This document shows, piece by piece, positions 46,911 to 56,643 of a stretch of 64,000 bases of DNA; within the stretch, counting starts at the first letter, position 1, and every line of letters begins with the position of its first letter. Origin of the DNA: Candidatus Melainabacteria bacterium 17Bon1m (GTDB lineage: Bacteria; Cyanobacteriota; Vampirovibrionia; Obscuribacterales; Obscuribacteraceae); assembly GCA_032128875.1 (NCBI GenBank), contig JAVLKG010000002.1:160001-224000 (forward strand). Reading direction: 5' to 3'. The position numbers and the translations under genes were made by a program. Under the pieces are notes generated by a model. That model was not told the origin of the DNA. It saw only the letters and a list, made by a program, of their open reading frames with translations, and searched no databases.

Positions 46911-49157
46911 CTAAACAGCGGTCAAGTCTACTTCTTTTTCTGCTGCTCTGGAAGTCTGATTAGTGTGGTTGTCCATCATCCAGTATTTCTCGAAGAACAA
47001 GCCAGCTGTGGGATTCTTCAATCGGAACAGGATGGTCTTCAGCAATATTTTCACGTCCAACAAAGGACTCCAGTTAACCATATAGAGTACGTCTAGCCCA
47101 TTCAAGCAGTCGAAGTCCAAATCTCCTGTCACATTCATATGACACCACCCGGTCAGTCCTGGTCTTGTTGTCCATGCGGTTGGGTGGTTTTCTGGTCGAT
47201 CGCTTAGTTGAATTTTGGGGCGTATGCGTGTTCCGACAATACTCATGTCACCTTTGAAAACGTTGATGAGCAAAGGTAACCAAGCCAACTTGCAATAGAT
47301 GCTCTGATTTACTTTCCAATCACCAAAAGAATAAACCGCAAAGGTGTGGTTTCGCTTACCCATAACCGTTTGAAGTTCAAACACCGGTTTGCCTGCTTTA
47401 CGCGCGGACTGCCGAGCTAACGCAAAGACAGGTAAAAAGAATACTATAAGCGTCGAGGCTGCCGTAATATCAAAAAGACGCTTCGCAAGTCTCGGCGCGG
47501 GGACGCAGAAGAGACTCGCGATCGCCTCGAAGACGACCACTGGGTGATACATCGGTAGGATTCGACCTGCTTGAGAAAGCCGATAGCCAATGCGATCTCG
47601 CATTCTCTTCTTGGTCAACGCAAAAGGATATGCCAACCAAAAGAGCAGGGCGGGAAATATTCGCGCCGTATACGACATTACGGAAGCGAAGCTTGTGTTT
47701 CCATCTACGCGGAAGAGCGGTTGAATCAGTGTGCTAATTCTGTTTTGAAATTCAATTACGGGTCGATAAAGGTCGGTGAAATAAGGACCAGACATTCCTT
47801 CAATCTCATAGCGAAACTGAAGCGAAAGAATTGCGAGCAGCAAGAATGGTGCAATCAACGAACGCCAAGCAATCACATGCCAGCGATAGCCTGAATGTTG
47901 TGTCTCTGAATAGCATTGTTGATAAAGCTCGTTCAACTTTCTAACTGTTGATTTTAGCGAAAACTCATTGAGCATGAGTTCCCGTCCGGAGTTTCCCAAG
48001 CGTTGCGCAAATTCCGCATCTCCCAAGAGTCTGCTGATGGCCGCTGCAAGCTCCTCAGTATTATCCATCTCGACCAAAAGCCCGGTTTGTTCATGACGAA
48101 CTGAATCAACCATACCGCCAACTCTGGTTGCAACAAGAGGTCTGCTCATCAGCAAACTCTCAATCGTTCCACCCAAATTTTCACTGCGAGACAATTGCAG
48201 TGAGACTGAAAGCGACGACAAAATTTCCGGCACATTTTCACGATGACCCACAAAGTGAATATATTTGCTCAAACCCTTTGCAGCAACGCTGGCTTTAAGG
48301 TCTTCCATGAGCTTCTGACCGGGCTCGCCCCAACCATCTCCAACGAAAAGGAATCGCGCCTTAGGACACACCGAGAGGATCTGTGGAACAGCCTCAATAA
48401 GTGTTTCATGTCCTTTCATTGATTTGTTCCAAACGGACTTAGGATAGTGTCTGGATTCTGTAAGAGGAGCGTAGAAGTAAGCGACCATGCCAACTAATAG
48501 AACATCTTCATCTAATTCCAACTCTTCGATTAGGCGACTACGTGCGCTCTCAGCATCAAAGTTAGTGGGTGAAAAATTGCTCTCATCGGCACCGTAATAA
48601 ACTAATTCCAAGTTTGTCGCAGGTACCCCTGCGGCGCGATACTGTTGCCCCGAATACGTGCACGAAACAATGACACGTGAATCCATCCAGCAACTGCCCA
48701 ACTCGACTGCTTGCGGAATTTCCGCATCCATGTAGAACGGACCGGGGATCATACTCAAGCGAACAGGTACATCCGCGATCCAAGCAGCAAAACGGCTGAC
48801 AATCATTGATGGATAGAGGTGATGATGAACCACATCATATCGCTCTATGGTGAAATGTTTGGCGAGACTGTAGATGTTTTTAAGACTGGGTAAAGCCTGC
48901 CTAGAATGCCAGGGAAAGCCGATTTTATGAAAGCAATGATGCACTCCAAAGGAGTCGAGCTTCTTGCTGAGGTCTCCTTCTTCAGGAATGATCGACGCAA
49001 CTGAGTGGCCTAAGCTCTTAAGTTCCCTAAGTTGCTCCGCCATCCAGGTGGCACCGCGGGCAGTGTCAGCTGTATGGGCAATCTTAAGTTTGTTTGTGGC
49101 AGTAGGTGAAGTTTTTGCGCTCAAGATGCTTCGAAACTTTGCACTCAACCAGTGCAT
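46911..49157 (-). CDS. GT4 glycosyltransferase fused to a sugar-transferase (monoPGT-like) domain
   Basis: GT-B motifs KGHETLIEA, SRSENLGGTIESL and ATRVGG; C-terminal KRLFD, GDMSIVG, RPGLTGW and LDVLY..NWS..LDVKILLKT. Confidence 0.85.
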   Translation of the reverse strand: MHWLSAKFRSILSAKTSPTATNKLKIAHTADTARGATWMAEQLRELKSLGHSVASIIPEEGDLSKKLDSFGVHHCFHKIGFPWHSRQALPSLKNIYSLAKHFTIERYDVVHHHLYPSMIVSRFAAWIADVPVRLSMIPGPFYMDAEIPQAVELGSCWMDSRVIVSCTYSGQQYRAAGVPATNLELVYYGADESNFSPTNFDAESARSRLIEELELDEDVLLVGMVAYFYAPLTESRHYPKSVWNKSMKGHETLIEAVPQILSVCPKARFLFVGDGWGEPGQKLMEDLKASVAAKGLSKYIHFVGHRENVPEILSSLSVSLQLSRSENLGGTIESLLMSRPLVATRVGGMVDSVRHEQTGLLVEMDNTEELAAAISRLLGDAEFAQRLGNSGRELMLNEFSLKSTVRKLNELYQQCYSETQHSGYRWHVIAWRSLIAPFLLLAILSLQFRYEIEGMSGPYFTDLYRPVIEFQNRISTLIQPLFRVDGNTSFASVMSYTARIFPALLFWLAYPFALTKKRMRDRIGYRLSQAGRILPMYHPVVVFEAIASLFCVPAPRLAKRLFDITAASTLIVFFLPVFALARQSARKAGKPVFELQTVMGKRNHTFAVYSFGDWKVNQSIYCKLAWLPLLINVFKGDMSIVGTRIRPKIQLSDRPENHPTAWTTRPGLTGWCHMNVTGDLDFDCLNGLDVLYMVNWSPLLDVKILLKTILFRLKNPTAGLFFEKYWMMDNHTNQTSRAAEKEVDLTAV

Positions 49158-49266
49158 TAAAATGGAGTGAGGATTTCAGTAGCAACCCTAAGTATACTTG
49201 AAGGTAAATATTGGCGAGATTGTTATTATTTCAGGCTTTTGATGTTGTAAAGGGTGGGTTTTGATA

Positions 49267-49887
49267 ATGAAGGGGCTTGTGAAGGTTGTCGTCATCGGCA
49301 CTGGAGGACACTCAAAGGTTGTTGCTGAGACGATTCTTATGGACGGTCGCTATGAGCTGTCCGGCTTTGCCAACGCCGAAGCTGATATCTCTGAGTTTCT
49401 TGGATATCCGGTATTTCGCTCCGTAACCGACTTTAAAGAATCTCACTTTATTGTCGCTGTAGGTAATAACGCTGCTCGGGCAAGGTTGTTTGCAGAACAC
49501 ACTAAAGACGGCCTTGTTGCCGTTTCTGCCATACATCCAAAAGCGATAGTGTCACCTTCAGCAATTGTTGGTGAAGGTACCGTCGTCGCCGCTGGTGCGA
49601 TAATCAACCCATATGCTCAGATCGGCCGAAACTGCATCATCAATACAGGCGCCGTCGTGGAACATGATTGCGTTATAGGAGATCACACGCACCTTGCTCC
49701 GGGAACGAAGCTTGCCGGCAACGTAAAAGTTGCGGAGGGTTCATTTCTGGGGATTGGAACAACCGTCATTCCTGGAATAAAAATCGGCGAAAACTGCCAT
49801 ACCGGTGCCGGCGCCGTAGTAATCAGGGACGTGGAACCATCAACAACAGTTGTTGGAGTTCCAGCAAAACTGCTATTGAAGAAGTAG
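49267..49887 (+). CDS. PglD/NeuD-family sugar acetyltransferase
   Basis: IGTGGHSKVV, VAVGNNAAR, hexapeptide repeats, INTGAVVEHD, VVGVPAK. Confidence 0.9.
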   Translation: MKGLVKVVVIGTGGHSKVVAETILMDGRYELSGFANAEADISEFLGYPVFRSVTDFKESHFIVAVGNNAARARLFAEHTKDGLVAVSAIHPKAIVSPSAIVGEGTVVAAGAIINPYAQIGRNCIINTGAVVEHDCVIGDHTHLAPGTKLAGNVKVAEGSFLGIGTTVIPGIKIGENCHTGAGAVVIRDVEPSTTVVGVPAKLLLKK

Positions 49888-49923
49888 AGGCGCATTGTAT
49901 GCGCGTGGTTCAAAGGTGTTCGT

Positions 49924-50020
49924 GGACTGCGAAGTGCTGGCGAAGTGCCGTGATTGCGAAGTGCTGGGATTGCGAAGTGCTGGGATTGCGAAGTGCTGGG
50001 AGCGCCGGCAGCCTGCCGGC
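49924..50020. repeat. 16-bp tandem array leading into a TGGGAGC-type REP
   Basis: GGATTGCGAAGTGCTG-like units (four plus one partial), then TGGGAGCGCCGGCAGCCTGCCGGC (49997-50020). Confidence 0.85.
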
Positions 50021-50033
50021 TTTTGAGCGGCTG

Positions 50034-53000
50034 CTACTTGCCTCTGTGATGACGTCGTCCGAGCATTCTGCGTCGCTTGGACAATGCGGACTCAGCATCT
50101 GCATTTGCGGCTGCCTTGTCATCACCGGCGGTATCGTCTTCTTGTTCTTTCTTGGCGTTGGCAGTGCCATTGTCGCTAGTCTCTGCCGTGGCTGAACCCT
50201 GAACTTCATCATCAGTAGAAGTGGCTGGAGCAACGGCTTCGTCGCTAGTGCTTGTTGTGCCGTCGGCATCAGCTTTCTTGATTTCGGCGTCATCAGCTGC
50301 TGCGTCTTCGCTAGCATCTTTGCTTGTAGCCGCTTTCCGCTCTGCTTCATCGTCCAATGCTACATTGTCAGCGACTGCATCTTGCGCAGCTTCATCTTCC
50401 GCAGACTCATCTTCCGAAGACTCATCTCCTGCAGATTCATCTTTTGCGTCTTCATCTGGCGCGGCATCATCGCGGGCGGCTTCATCCCGTGCAGCTTCAT
50501 CTTGGGCCGTTTTATCTTGCGCAGCTTCGTCTTCCGATGTCTCCTCTGCCGCTAAGTCTTCTTGTGCTGCACCTTCATGCTCTGCACTTTGCTCATCGGT
50601 GATCTCCACTTCAGGCAATTCAGGTTCGCTCACCTCGTCGGCAAGCTCTACGTAAGCATTTGTTTCCAGTGAAGTGATGCTCACGGAGCGTTGTTCATCA
50701 GCCTCTTCGCTGTCGACTACTTCAGCTTCGACTTGAACCGCATCATCATCGGATTGCATCGAAACTTCTTCTTCGTCGTCTTCTTCTTCAAATACAGGAA
50801 TAGCGGCGTCTGGAATTCCTTCTATTGCTTCTGCCGATTCTAGTGATTCGAGCGCGTCGGCGTCGTCGATGATATCTGCTTCTGCTGTGTCAGTTACTTC
50901 GACGGCTTCTACGGCTAGGTCTTCATCGACAAATGATTTCACGTTGCCTGCAAGAGCGTCTTCATCAATGATGGGCGGTTCCACCGTCGGCACTTGCCTT
51001 GCCATGTCGGGTGCTTCCATGTTTTCGGCGGCAGCTTCTTCAGCATCATCCAGTCCGATAACAATACTCGGATTGCTGCTGCCTTTTAAGGGGGTGTGGA
51101 ATGATTCTTCTTCTTCAGGCGATTCCAAACTATCGGTGGATTCAACAAACGAGTCTATTGAATCAGTAGATGCAGTAGCTGGGTCCGCGTGCGCCGGGAA
51201 TTGGTTAACTCCTGGAATTGACGGTCGCACCATGTCTAGTGTCTCAGACCTAGAACTTTCCAGAGCCTCTTGCGGTGGAACTTCCACTATGGCTTCTTCA
51301 CCAGTGATGGTTGTGCGTCCTGATTGCGAATCTAGCTGCAATTCAAACGGATTTTTCAAACGCTGCCAACCACCCGACATGCGCTTTTCCTTCGCGAGTC
51401 GCTCTTCTTCCTCGGTCGAGTTCGCTTGGTTATTTGCTTGTCCGGAGCGTTTTTGCTTGGACGGAATTATAAATTCATCGTCTTCCACATCCCAGAGCGG
51501 GCGGCCTGTTTCATCGTTGAGCTCTTCTCTGTATTCTTCACCAAGGAAGGATTTTAGCTCATCGTCGGGCTTGTTCTGTGGCTCGATCGCTTCAAGATCG
51601 AGGTGTCTGCTGATGTCGACTACTTCTGATTCTTGGCTTGCTGTTGTCGGTGGCATTCCTTCCTGATTTTCATGATCAGGCGCGTTCCACTCTAAATTGT
51701 CTTTCCAGCTCGGCACCGCATTCGATATTACAAGCTGGCGATCGCCGGACTCTGAATCTTCCTGTTTTACCTCACCAGATTGCTCGTTTTCATCCAGCTG
51801 AAAAGTATTATGCAGGGGCGGTCTGAAAGCTGGAATTCTGTCGCGTGTGGTTGATTGAGCCTTTTTGGAGTTGATGTCGTCGCCACTTGCTTGCCCGACA
51901 TCGATTTTTGGCTGCTGATCTCCTGATGCACTATCCAACTCGTGCAATGCGCGGTCGGTGAATGCAAACGCCGGAATGCGTTCGTGTGTGGAATCGGTTG
52001 TTTTGTCGCGACCTGAACCGTGCAAATCTAGCTCTGCATCAGCATCTACAGCTGGTGGTAATGATGCGTCAACTATGGCAGCGCCCGAATCGATGAGCGT
52101 GATGTTTCCTTCGTCGTCCTCTTCTTCATCTTCGTTTTCATCTTCATCATCGTCGCTTACGCGTTCTTCTGCATCAACGAAGCCTGGGAATTCAGCACCG
52201 CTCGATGCATCCATAAAACCGAGCTGGTCACTGGATGCGGTATCAGGTTCACCAGGAGAGATGGTCGCATTAAACGCTGGATCTATGTCATCAGCGCCGA
52301 ACAATTCTGGACCACTAGATAAATAACTCTCGGCCTGCGAGCCGGTCAATTCAATTTTCTTACTTAACTCACCAGTGTCGCGCTGGTTATCGGTCTTCTT
52401 GCTATCTGGCTTGAGCAATTCCTCTTTATACGCGGCACCTTCATAAGTGTCGGAAGCCACGTCTTGATTTGCGCTGCGATTGAGACTGGGATCGAATGCT
52501 TGAGCAACTTCGTGCAGCTCAATGTTTCGCTTTTTCCTGGGCTCTTTTTGCTCTTTTCCTGTAGGAGTTGTTTGCAGCGGCGGTGCCTCCGGCGGTGCCT
52601 CCGGCGGTGCAGCAGGCAAATTGGGTGCAGCAGGTGGTGGTGCCGGTTGAGAAGGTGGTGCACTCGCTGCGGCTGGCGCTTGAACAACAGGGTTTGAAGC
52701 AGAAGACGAAGCACCTTTCAGCAAGCCGCCCATTGTAGAAGGCGGTGCTGTAACGTCGCCGTCTTTCGAGCCGGAAAGAAGTTTGCCCAAAATGCCTGCG
52801 GCCTTCTCGCCATTGCCACTGGCGCGGGCTGATACCACATCTGGTGAGCCAGGCGGCAACATTTGAGCAAGCAAATTGGAATGACTTGTGATTTGTTCGT
52901 CAATTTTCGGCTGCAGCGGAGGCTGCGTGTAAACCGGCGTAGTTACCGGGCGATTCAATTCGGCTTCGGCCTCAGCTTCCACTTCTTCGAGGTGATCGAG

Positions 53001-53603
53001 ATCCGACTGAGTGACGTATCCGCGCTCGACGACAGTTTCTGCAACAGGAACGCCGCTTGACTCCAGCTCTTCCATTGCAGCTTGATATTGAACAACGGTA
53101 ATAAGTCCCTTGCGCAAAAGTTTTTGAGCAAAGAGTACTGCTTCGAGCTGATACTCTTCAATAAATCCTTGTTTGACGAGGAAGCTGCCGAATTGCATTT
53201 CCGGCATCGCCTTGTGCATGTCGCACGCGATTTCCAGCTCAGAGCCTTCTAGCAAGCCGGCGACATTGAGAAGCTCGCCAATCTTGAGATGCAATCTCTG
53301 CCCAAGCTCGCCCGGCTTCTTCTCTTCCGGCGTTTGCACCATAGATTCGCCGCGAAGACCCATGGTCCTCAAATCGTAATCGGTCCTGGTGACTGGATCT
53401 GAGAGGATGTCGTAGGCAATGCAGATAAACTTCAAATCGTAGAGAAGCTTGTTGCGGCGGTCAATGTCCGTCGTATTCAGCAACTCACGATGGATACCCC
53501 GAGTAAGTTTGTAATAGCGCGTGCGGACGCCTTCCATTGGCGACATCTGGGAGACGCCTAATAGAGTGTAAATGTCAGCAAGAGGTGACTCTTTGTCTGT
53601 CAT
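50034..53603 (-). CDS. Large acidic protein: J-domain-like N-terminus, MshEN-like repeats, long D/E-rich disordered region
   Basis: DIYTLLGV...AYDILSDPVTRTDYD; KIGELLNVAGLL and FGSFLVKQGFI; DEAA(R/Q) repeats. Alternative GTG start at 53777. Confidence 0.8.
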   Translation of the reverse strand: MTDKESPLADIYTLLGVSQMSPMEGVRTRYYKLTRGIHRELLNTTDIDRRNKLLYDLKFICIAYDILSDPVTRTDYDLRTMGLRGESMVQTPEEKKPGELGQRLHLKIGELLNVAGLLEGSELEIACDMHKAMPEMQFGSFLVKQGFIEEYQLEAVLFAQKLLRKGLITVVQYQAAMEELESSGVPVAETVVERGYVTQSDLDHLEEVEAEAEAELNRPVTTPVYTQPPLQPKIDEQITSHSNLLAQMLPPGSPDVVSARASGNGEKAAGILGKLLSGSKDGDVTAPPSTMGGLLKGASSSASNPVVQAPAAASAPPSQPAPPPAAPNLPAAPPEAPPEAPPLQTTPTGKEQKEPRKKRNIELHEVAQAFDPSLNRSANQDVASDTYEGAAYKEELLKPDSKKTDNQRDTGELSKKIELTGSQAESYLSSGPELFGADDIDPAFNATISPGEPDTASSDQLGFMDASSGAEFPGFVDAEERVSDDDEDENEDEEEDDEGNITLIDSGAAIVDASLPPAVDADAELDLHGSGRDKTTDSTHERIPAFAFTDRALHELDSASGDQQPKIDVGQASGDDINSKKAQSTTRDRIPAFRPPLHNTFQLDENEQSGEVKQEDSESGDRQLVISNAVPSWKDNLEWNAPDHENQEGMPPTTASQESEVVDISRHLDLEAIEPQNKPDDELKSFLGEEYREELNDETGRPLWDVEDDEFIIPSKQKRSGQANNQANSTEEEERLAKEKRMSGGWQRLKNPFELQLDSQSGRTTITGEEAIVEVPPQEALESSRSETLDMVRPSIPGVNQFPAHADPATASTDSIDSFVESTDSLESPEEEESFHTPLKGSSNPSIVIGLDDAEEAAAENMEAPDMARQVPTVEPPIIDEDALAGNVKSFVDEDLAVEAVEVTDTAEADIIDDADALESLESAEAIEGIPDAAIPVFEEEDDEEEVSMQSDDDAVQVEAEVVDSEEADEQRSVSITSLETNAYVELADEVSEPELPEVEITDEQSAEHEGAAQEDLAAEETSEDEAAQDKTAQDEAARDEAARDDAAPDEDAKDESAGDESSEDESAEDEAAQDAVADNVALDDEAERKAATSKDASEDAAADDAEIKKADADGTTSTSDEAVAPATSTDDEVQGSATAETSDNGTANAKKEQEDDTAGDDKAAANADAESALSKRRRMLGRRHHRGK

Positions 53604-53881
53604 TCGGTTTGTATCTGCACCCTCACTTGTTTTCCTCGGGCTTCCTGTCGACCCGCTCCTGAAAGCCAGCGGACCCTTTGGACCGGTTGTAATCTCGCCG
53701 GTTGTTTCTCCGGGCGAGAGGTCAATCCGTATAGGGCCGACAAACTCATTATGCCTTTCAGAAGTTGTATTAAACACTTAATGTATATTCTTATGCTTAT
53801 AAGGGTGCCTTGGCATCTCTGCCGCCTCCCCTCGACTTGGCTGCAAGCGATTTTATGAGGGTTTGCGAATACAATTAACAG

Positions 53882-54646
53882 TTGAAAGTTATCAGTCCTT
53901 GGGAAGCCGCCGTGATTAAAGAAAGTCTGCAAGAAGCCCTGGAGCTAAACAGGGACGTCCTCTCGGCCTTAGACGCCGATAAATTCGAGAAATTGCGACT
54001 GTTTCTCAACTCTCTGATTGCCTACAACGAACACACCAACCTGGTCGCAAAGGCTGATGCGACCGTCCTTATCGAGCGTCATGTGCTCGATTCTTTGACC
54101 CTTTTGCCGATTATAAGGCGTTTTATGCCAGAGCAAAGTTTGACCACCTTGGTCGACGTTGGTGCAGGCGGCGGTTTTCCTGGCGTTATCCTGGCGCTAT
54201 CGCTGCCCGAATTGAAAGTCTCTCTCGTTGAAGCAACCGCTAAGAAGTGCCGATTCCTTGAACAGGCAAGCGATTTGCTCAAGCTTGAGCATCCCATAAG
54301 CGTTATCAACGGGCGGGCTGAGGAATTGGGTACTCTGTGCGACTACAGAGGCACTTACGATTTGGCTACAGCGCGCGCTGTTGGCTCGACTGCGTTGGTT
54401 TCTGAGCTGCTGATTCCGCTCGTTAAGGTCGGCGGTCATGCTCTTCTGCAGAAGACCAAGAGCCAGCTCGACCAGGAGATGGGCGAGGCTGAGAAACGGC
54501 TGAAACAGATGGGTGCGAGCGTCGAAGAGATGGTGAATATCGAGCCTGAAAAGGACGAAACCGAGCGAGTAGTCTTGGTCTTGAAAAAACACAGTGAAAC
54601 GCCGGACGGCTATCCGCGCCCGTGGTCACGAATTAAACGAGACTGA
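53882..54646 (+). CDS. rsmG: 16S rRNA G527 N7-methyltransferase
   Basis: NEHTNLV, RHVLDSL, DVGAGGGFPG, EATAKKCRFL, GRAEE, ATARAV, TPDGYPR. Confidence 0.93.
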   Translation: MKVISPWEAAVIKESLQEALELNRDVLSALDADKFEKLRLFLNSLIAYNEHTNLVAKADATVLIERHVLDSLTLLPIIRRFMPEQSLTTLVDVGAGGGFPGVILALSLPELKVSLVEATAKKCRFLEQASDLLKLEHPISVINGRAEELGTLCDYRGTYDLATARAVGSTALVSELLIPLVKVGGHALLQKTKSQLDQEMGEAEKRLKQMGASVEEMVNIEPEKDETERVVLVLKKHSETPDGYPRPWSRIKRD

Positions 54647-54648
54647 AA

Positions 54649-55608
54649 CTAGCCGGCAGGCGTAGCCCAGTTGGTCGGCTCCGTCCCGCCTGGGGCGGTC
54701 CATTCATCAGGCTGCACTTCCTCGTCTCCGGTCAGCGGAACCATCCATCCTTCTGCCGATGCCTGCATGCGCGCCTTTTCATTGTCGTTGTCGATAGATA
54801 GCTCCAAGAGTCTGCGTCGGCTGCCGAACATATACTGTGCGCGGCTAATCAACGCAGTTACATCTAAGCAATCGTGAGCAAAAATGATGTTGTCCAGGTG
54901 CCTGTACCAATCATCGCCCGGGGGCACGATAATGTCTGCGATTAAATCGCCCACCTCCAGATTAACGGGTTGGCGGTTTGCGCGTGGCGGGAAATTAAGC
55001 GTATACAGCTTCGTATCGAAGCCGAGGCACTCGACCCGCCCCAGGTGCGGGGAAGTCTTCTCATCGAGGGTAAAACCTGCTTCCTCATATGCACGCAGTT
55101 CTTCATGCCAGAACTCGCGGAGCACTTCTTGCAAGGTGAGCATATGCGGCTCGAGGCGCCACATCTCGGTCGTCGGCATGTACGAAAGCGATGGGACGAA
55201 CTCCCAACTTTCTTCGCCGTATATAACATCGAATTGGTGCGTATATGCCCAGGATGTCATCAATACGCTCAACCAGATAGCGTTGTCGCGATAAACCTTG
55301 GCGTAGCTCTTCTTAAACCAATCCTGCCAATCTTCAAATGAATCGTACTGGCTGGAGCGCTTGTTCAGCCCGTCGCGCCATTCCTTTTCGTCCGGCGTGG
55401 TGTCTTCGGCGTTGAAGAATTCCGCCCAGTACGCGGTCACAATTGCCTGTTCGAGCAGCAAGGGTTCACTGCGCCCAACCTGCTGCTGCCAGAGCAACTG
55501 CACGGCTTTGAGCGTCTCTTCGCAGCGCGAATATGGGTTGGACTCTCTCAGATCAGGGCGGTGCCTGATCCAATCAATACCTGCTCGAATTAAGAATGCT
55601 GGATGCAT
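54649..55608 (-). CDS. Hypothetical protein
   Basis: 319 aa ORF filling the gap between rsmG and the rhodanese gene; acidic and Trp-rich; no recognised motif. Confidence 0.7.
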   Translation of the reverse strand: MHPAFLIRAGIDWIRHRPDLRESNPYSRCEETLKAVQLLWQQQVGRSEPLLLEQAIVTAYWAEFFNAEDTTPDEKEWRDGLNKRSSQYDSFEDWQDWFKKSYAKVYRDNAIWLSVLMTSWAYTHQFDVIYGEESWEFVPSLSYMPTTEMWRLEPHMLTLQEVLREFWHEELRAYEEAGFTLDEKTSPHLGRVECLGFDTKLYTLNFPPRANRQPVNLEVGDLIADIIVPPGDDWYRHLDNIIFAHDCLDVTALISRAQYMFGSRRRLLELSIDNDNEKARMQASAEGWMVPLTGDEEVQPDEWTAPGGTEPTNWATPAG

Positions 55609-55672
55609 AGTCAGATAAGACTATATCAACTGTTCGGGCTCTTGGTATCTGCTCAGCCCGGTTACACTGCAC

Positions 55673-56575
55673 TTATGGTTCGTCCGGTTGAGTCTGACAG
55701 CTCGAAATTACCGTAAGATCGGAATGATGCGACCATTCCATGAGTGAACCGTCGTAAACAGGTAAAACTTTTCCGGTCGCGAGTTCATATAACAGCGAGA
55801 ATGTCGCCGCGCGAACACCGACCTCGCAATAAGAAGCCTTAACATTCGAAAGTATGTTTTCGGATTCTAAGAGCTTTAAAAACTCGGTGTTGCCAATAAA
55901 TTTGCCGTCGTTTGCAAAGAAGCGGTCAAACCAAATGTTTACTGAGCGAGGCATGTGGCCCATGCGCGGTTGGTAGTCGTAGAGTCGCCCTTCGAATTCG
56001 AGTGGTGAGCGGGTGTCGACGAGAATCGGGTGTGTGCCGCCGTCTTCTTCCAACATCCTTTTCACATCATTGAGCTCGACTCTTCTGTGAGGTTGAAGTG
56101 AAACCTTAAAACTTTTGCGTTTTGCTTTTCGCTCATGCGCGGAGAGCACTTTGGTGGAAACTTCACCCTTCGCTTGGAGCCAGGCATTGTAGCCGCCATC
56201 AAGGATATAAACCTTCTCAATTCCGAAGTAAAGCAGCATCCATGCGACTCTTCCTTCGCGTCCTTTTGATGCGATGCCACCAGAATAGACAACGACTGTG
56301 CCATCGTTGGTGATACCAAGGTCGCCGAGCGCATTTTCGACTTTCTCAATCGATTCGACGTTCAGATTTCCCCAATAGCCTGGTTCGAACAGCGTAGACT
56401 TGGCTGAGGATGGCGCTTTCGAACACCACTCGAACCACTGATTTGAAATCGCTCCTGGAATATGTCCTTCTGAAAATTCCAACTCTTCACGAGTGTCGAG
56501 TAACGCAGCTGAGGTGTCTTTTTTGAGAAGAGCCTTGAGTTGTGTTGGGTTGATCAGGTGGATTTCTTGTTTCAT
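55673..56575 (-). CDS. Tandem rhodanese sulfurtransferase (SseA/TST-like)
   Basis: LLDTR..GHIPGA, ILDGGYNAW, GHMP, active-site YCEVGVRA, YDGSLMEW. Confidence 0.9.
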   Translation of the reverse strand: MKQEIHLINPTQLKALLKKDTSAALLDTREELEFSEGHIPGAISNQWFEWCSKAPSSAKSTLFEPGYWGNLNVESIEKVENALGDLGITNDGTVVVYSGGIASKGREGRVAWMLLYFGIEKVYILDGGYNAWLQAKGEVSTKVLSAHERKAKRKSFKVSLQPHRRVELNDVKRMLEEDGGTHPILVDTRSPLEFEGRLYDYQPRMGHMPRSVNIWFDRFFANDGKFIGNTEFLKLLESENILSNVKASYCEVGVRAATFSLLYELATGKVLPVYDGSLMEWSHHSDLTVISSCQTQPDEP

Positions 56576-56588
56576 GTAATCCCGTTTT

Positions 56589-56641
56589 GTAGGGGAGCCG
56601 CAGGCGGTTCCCTGGCAGGGCGGCATATATGCCGCCCATAC
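56589..56641. repeat. Inverted pair of GTAG-type REPs
   Basis: GTAGGGGAGCCGCAGGCGGTTCCC and the reverse complement of GTATGGGCGGCATATATGCCGCCC. Confidence 0.7.
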
Positions 56642-56643
56642 AA

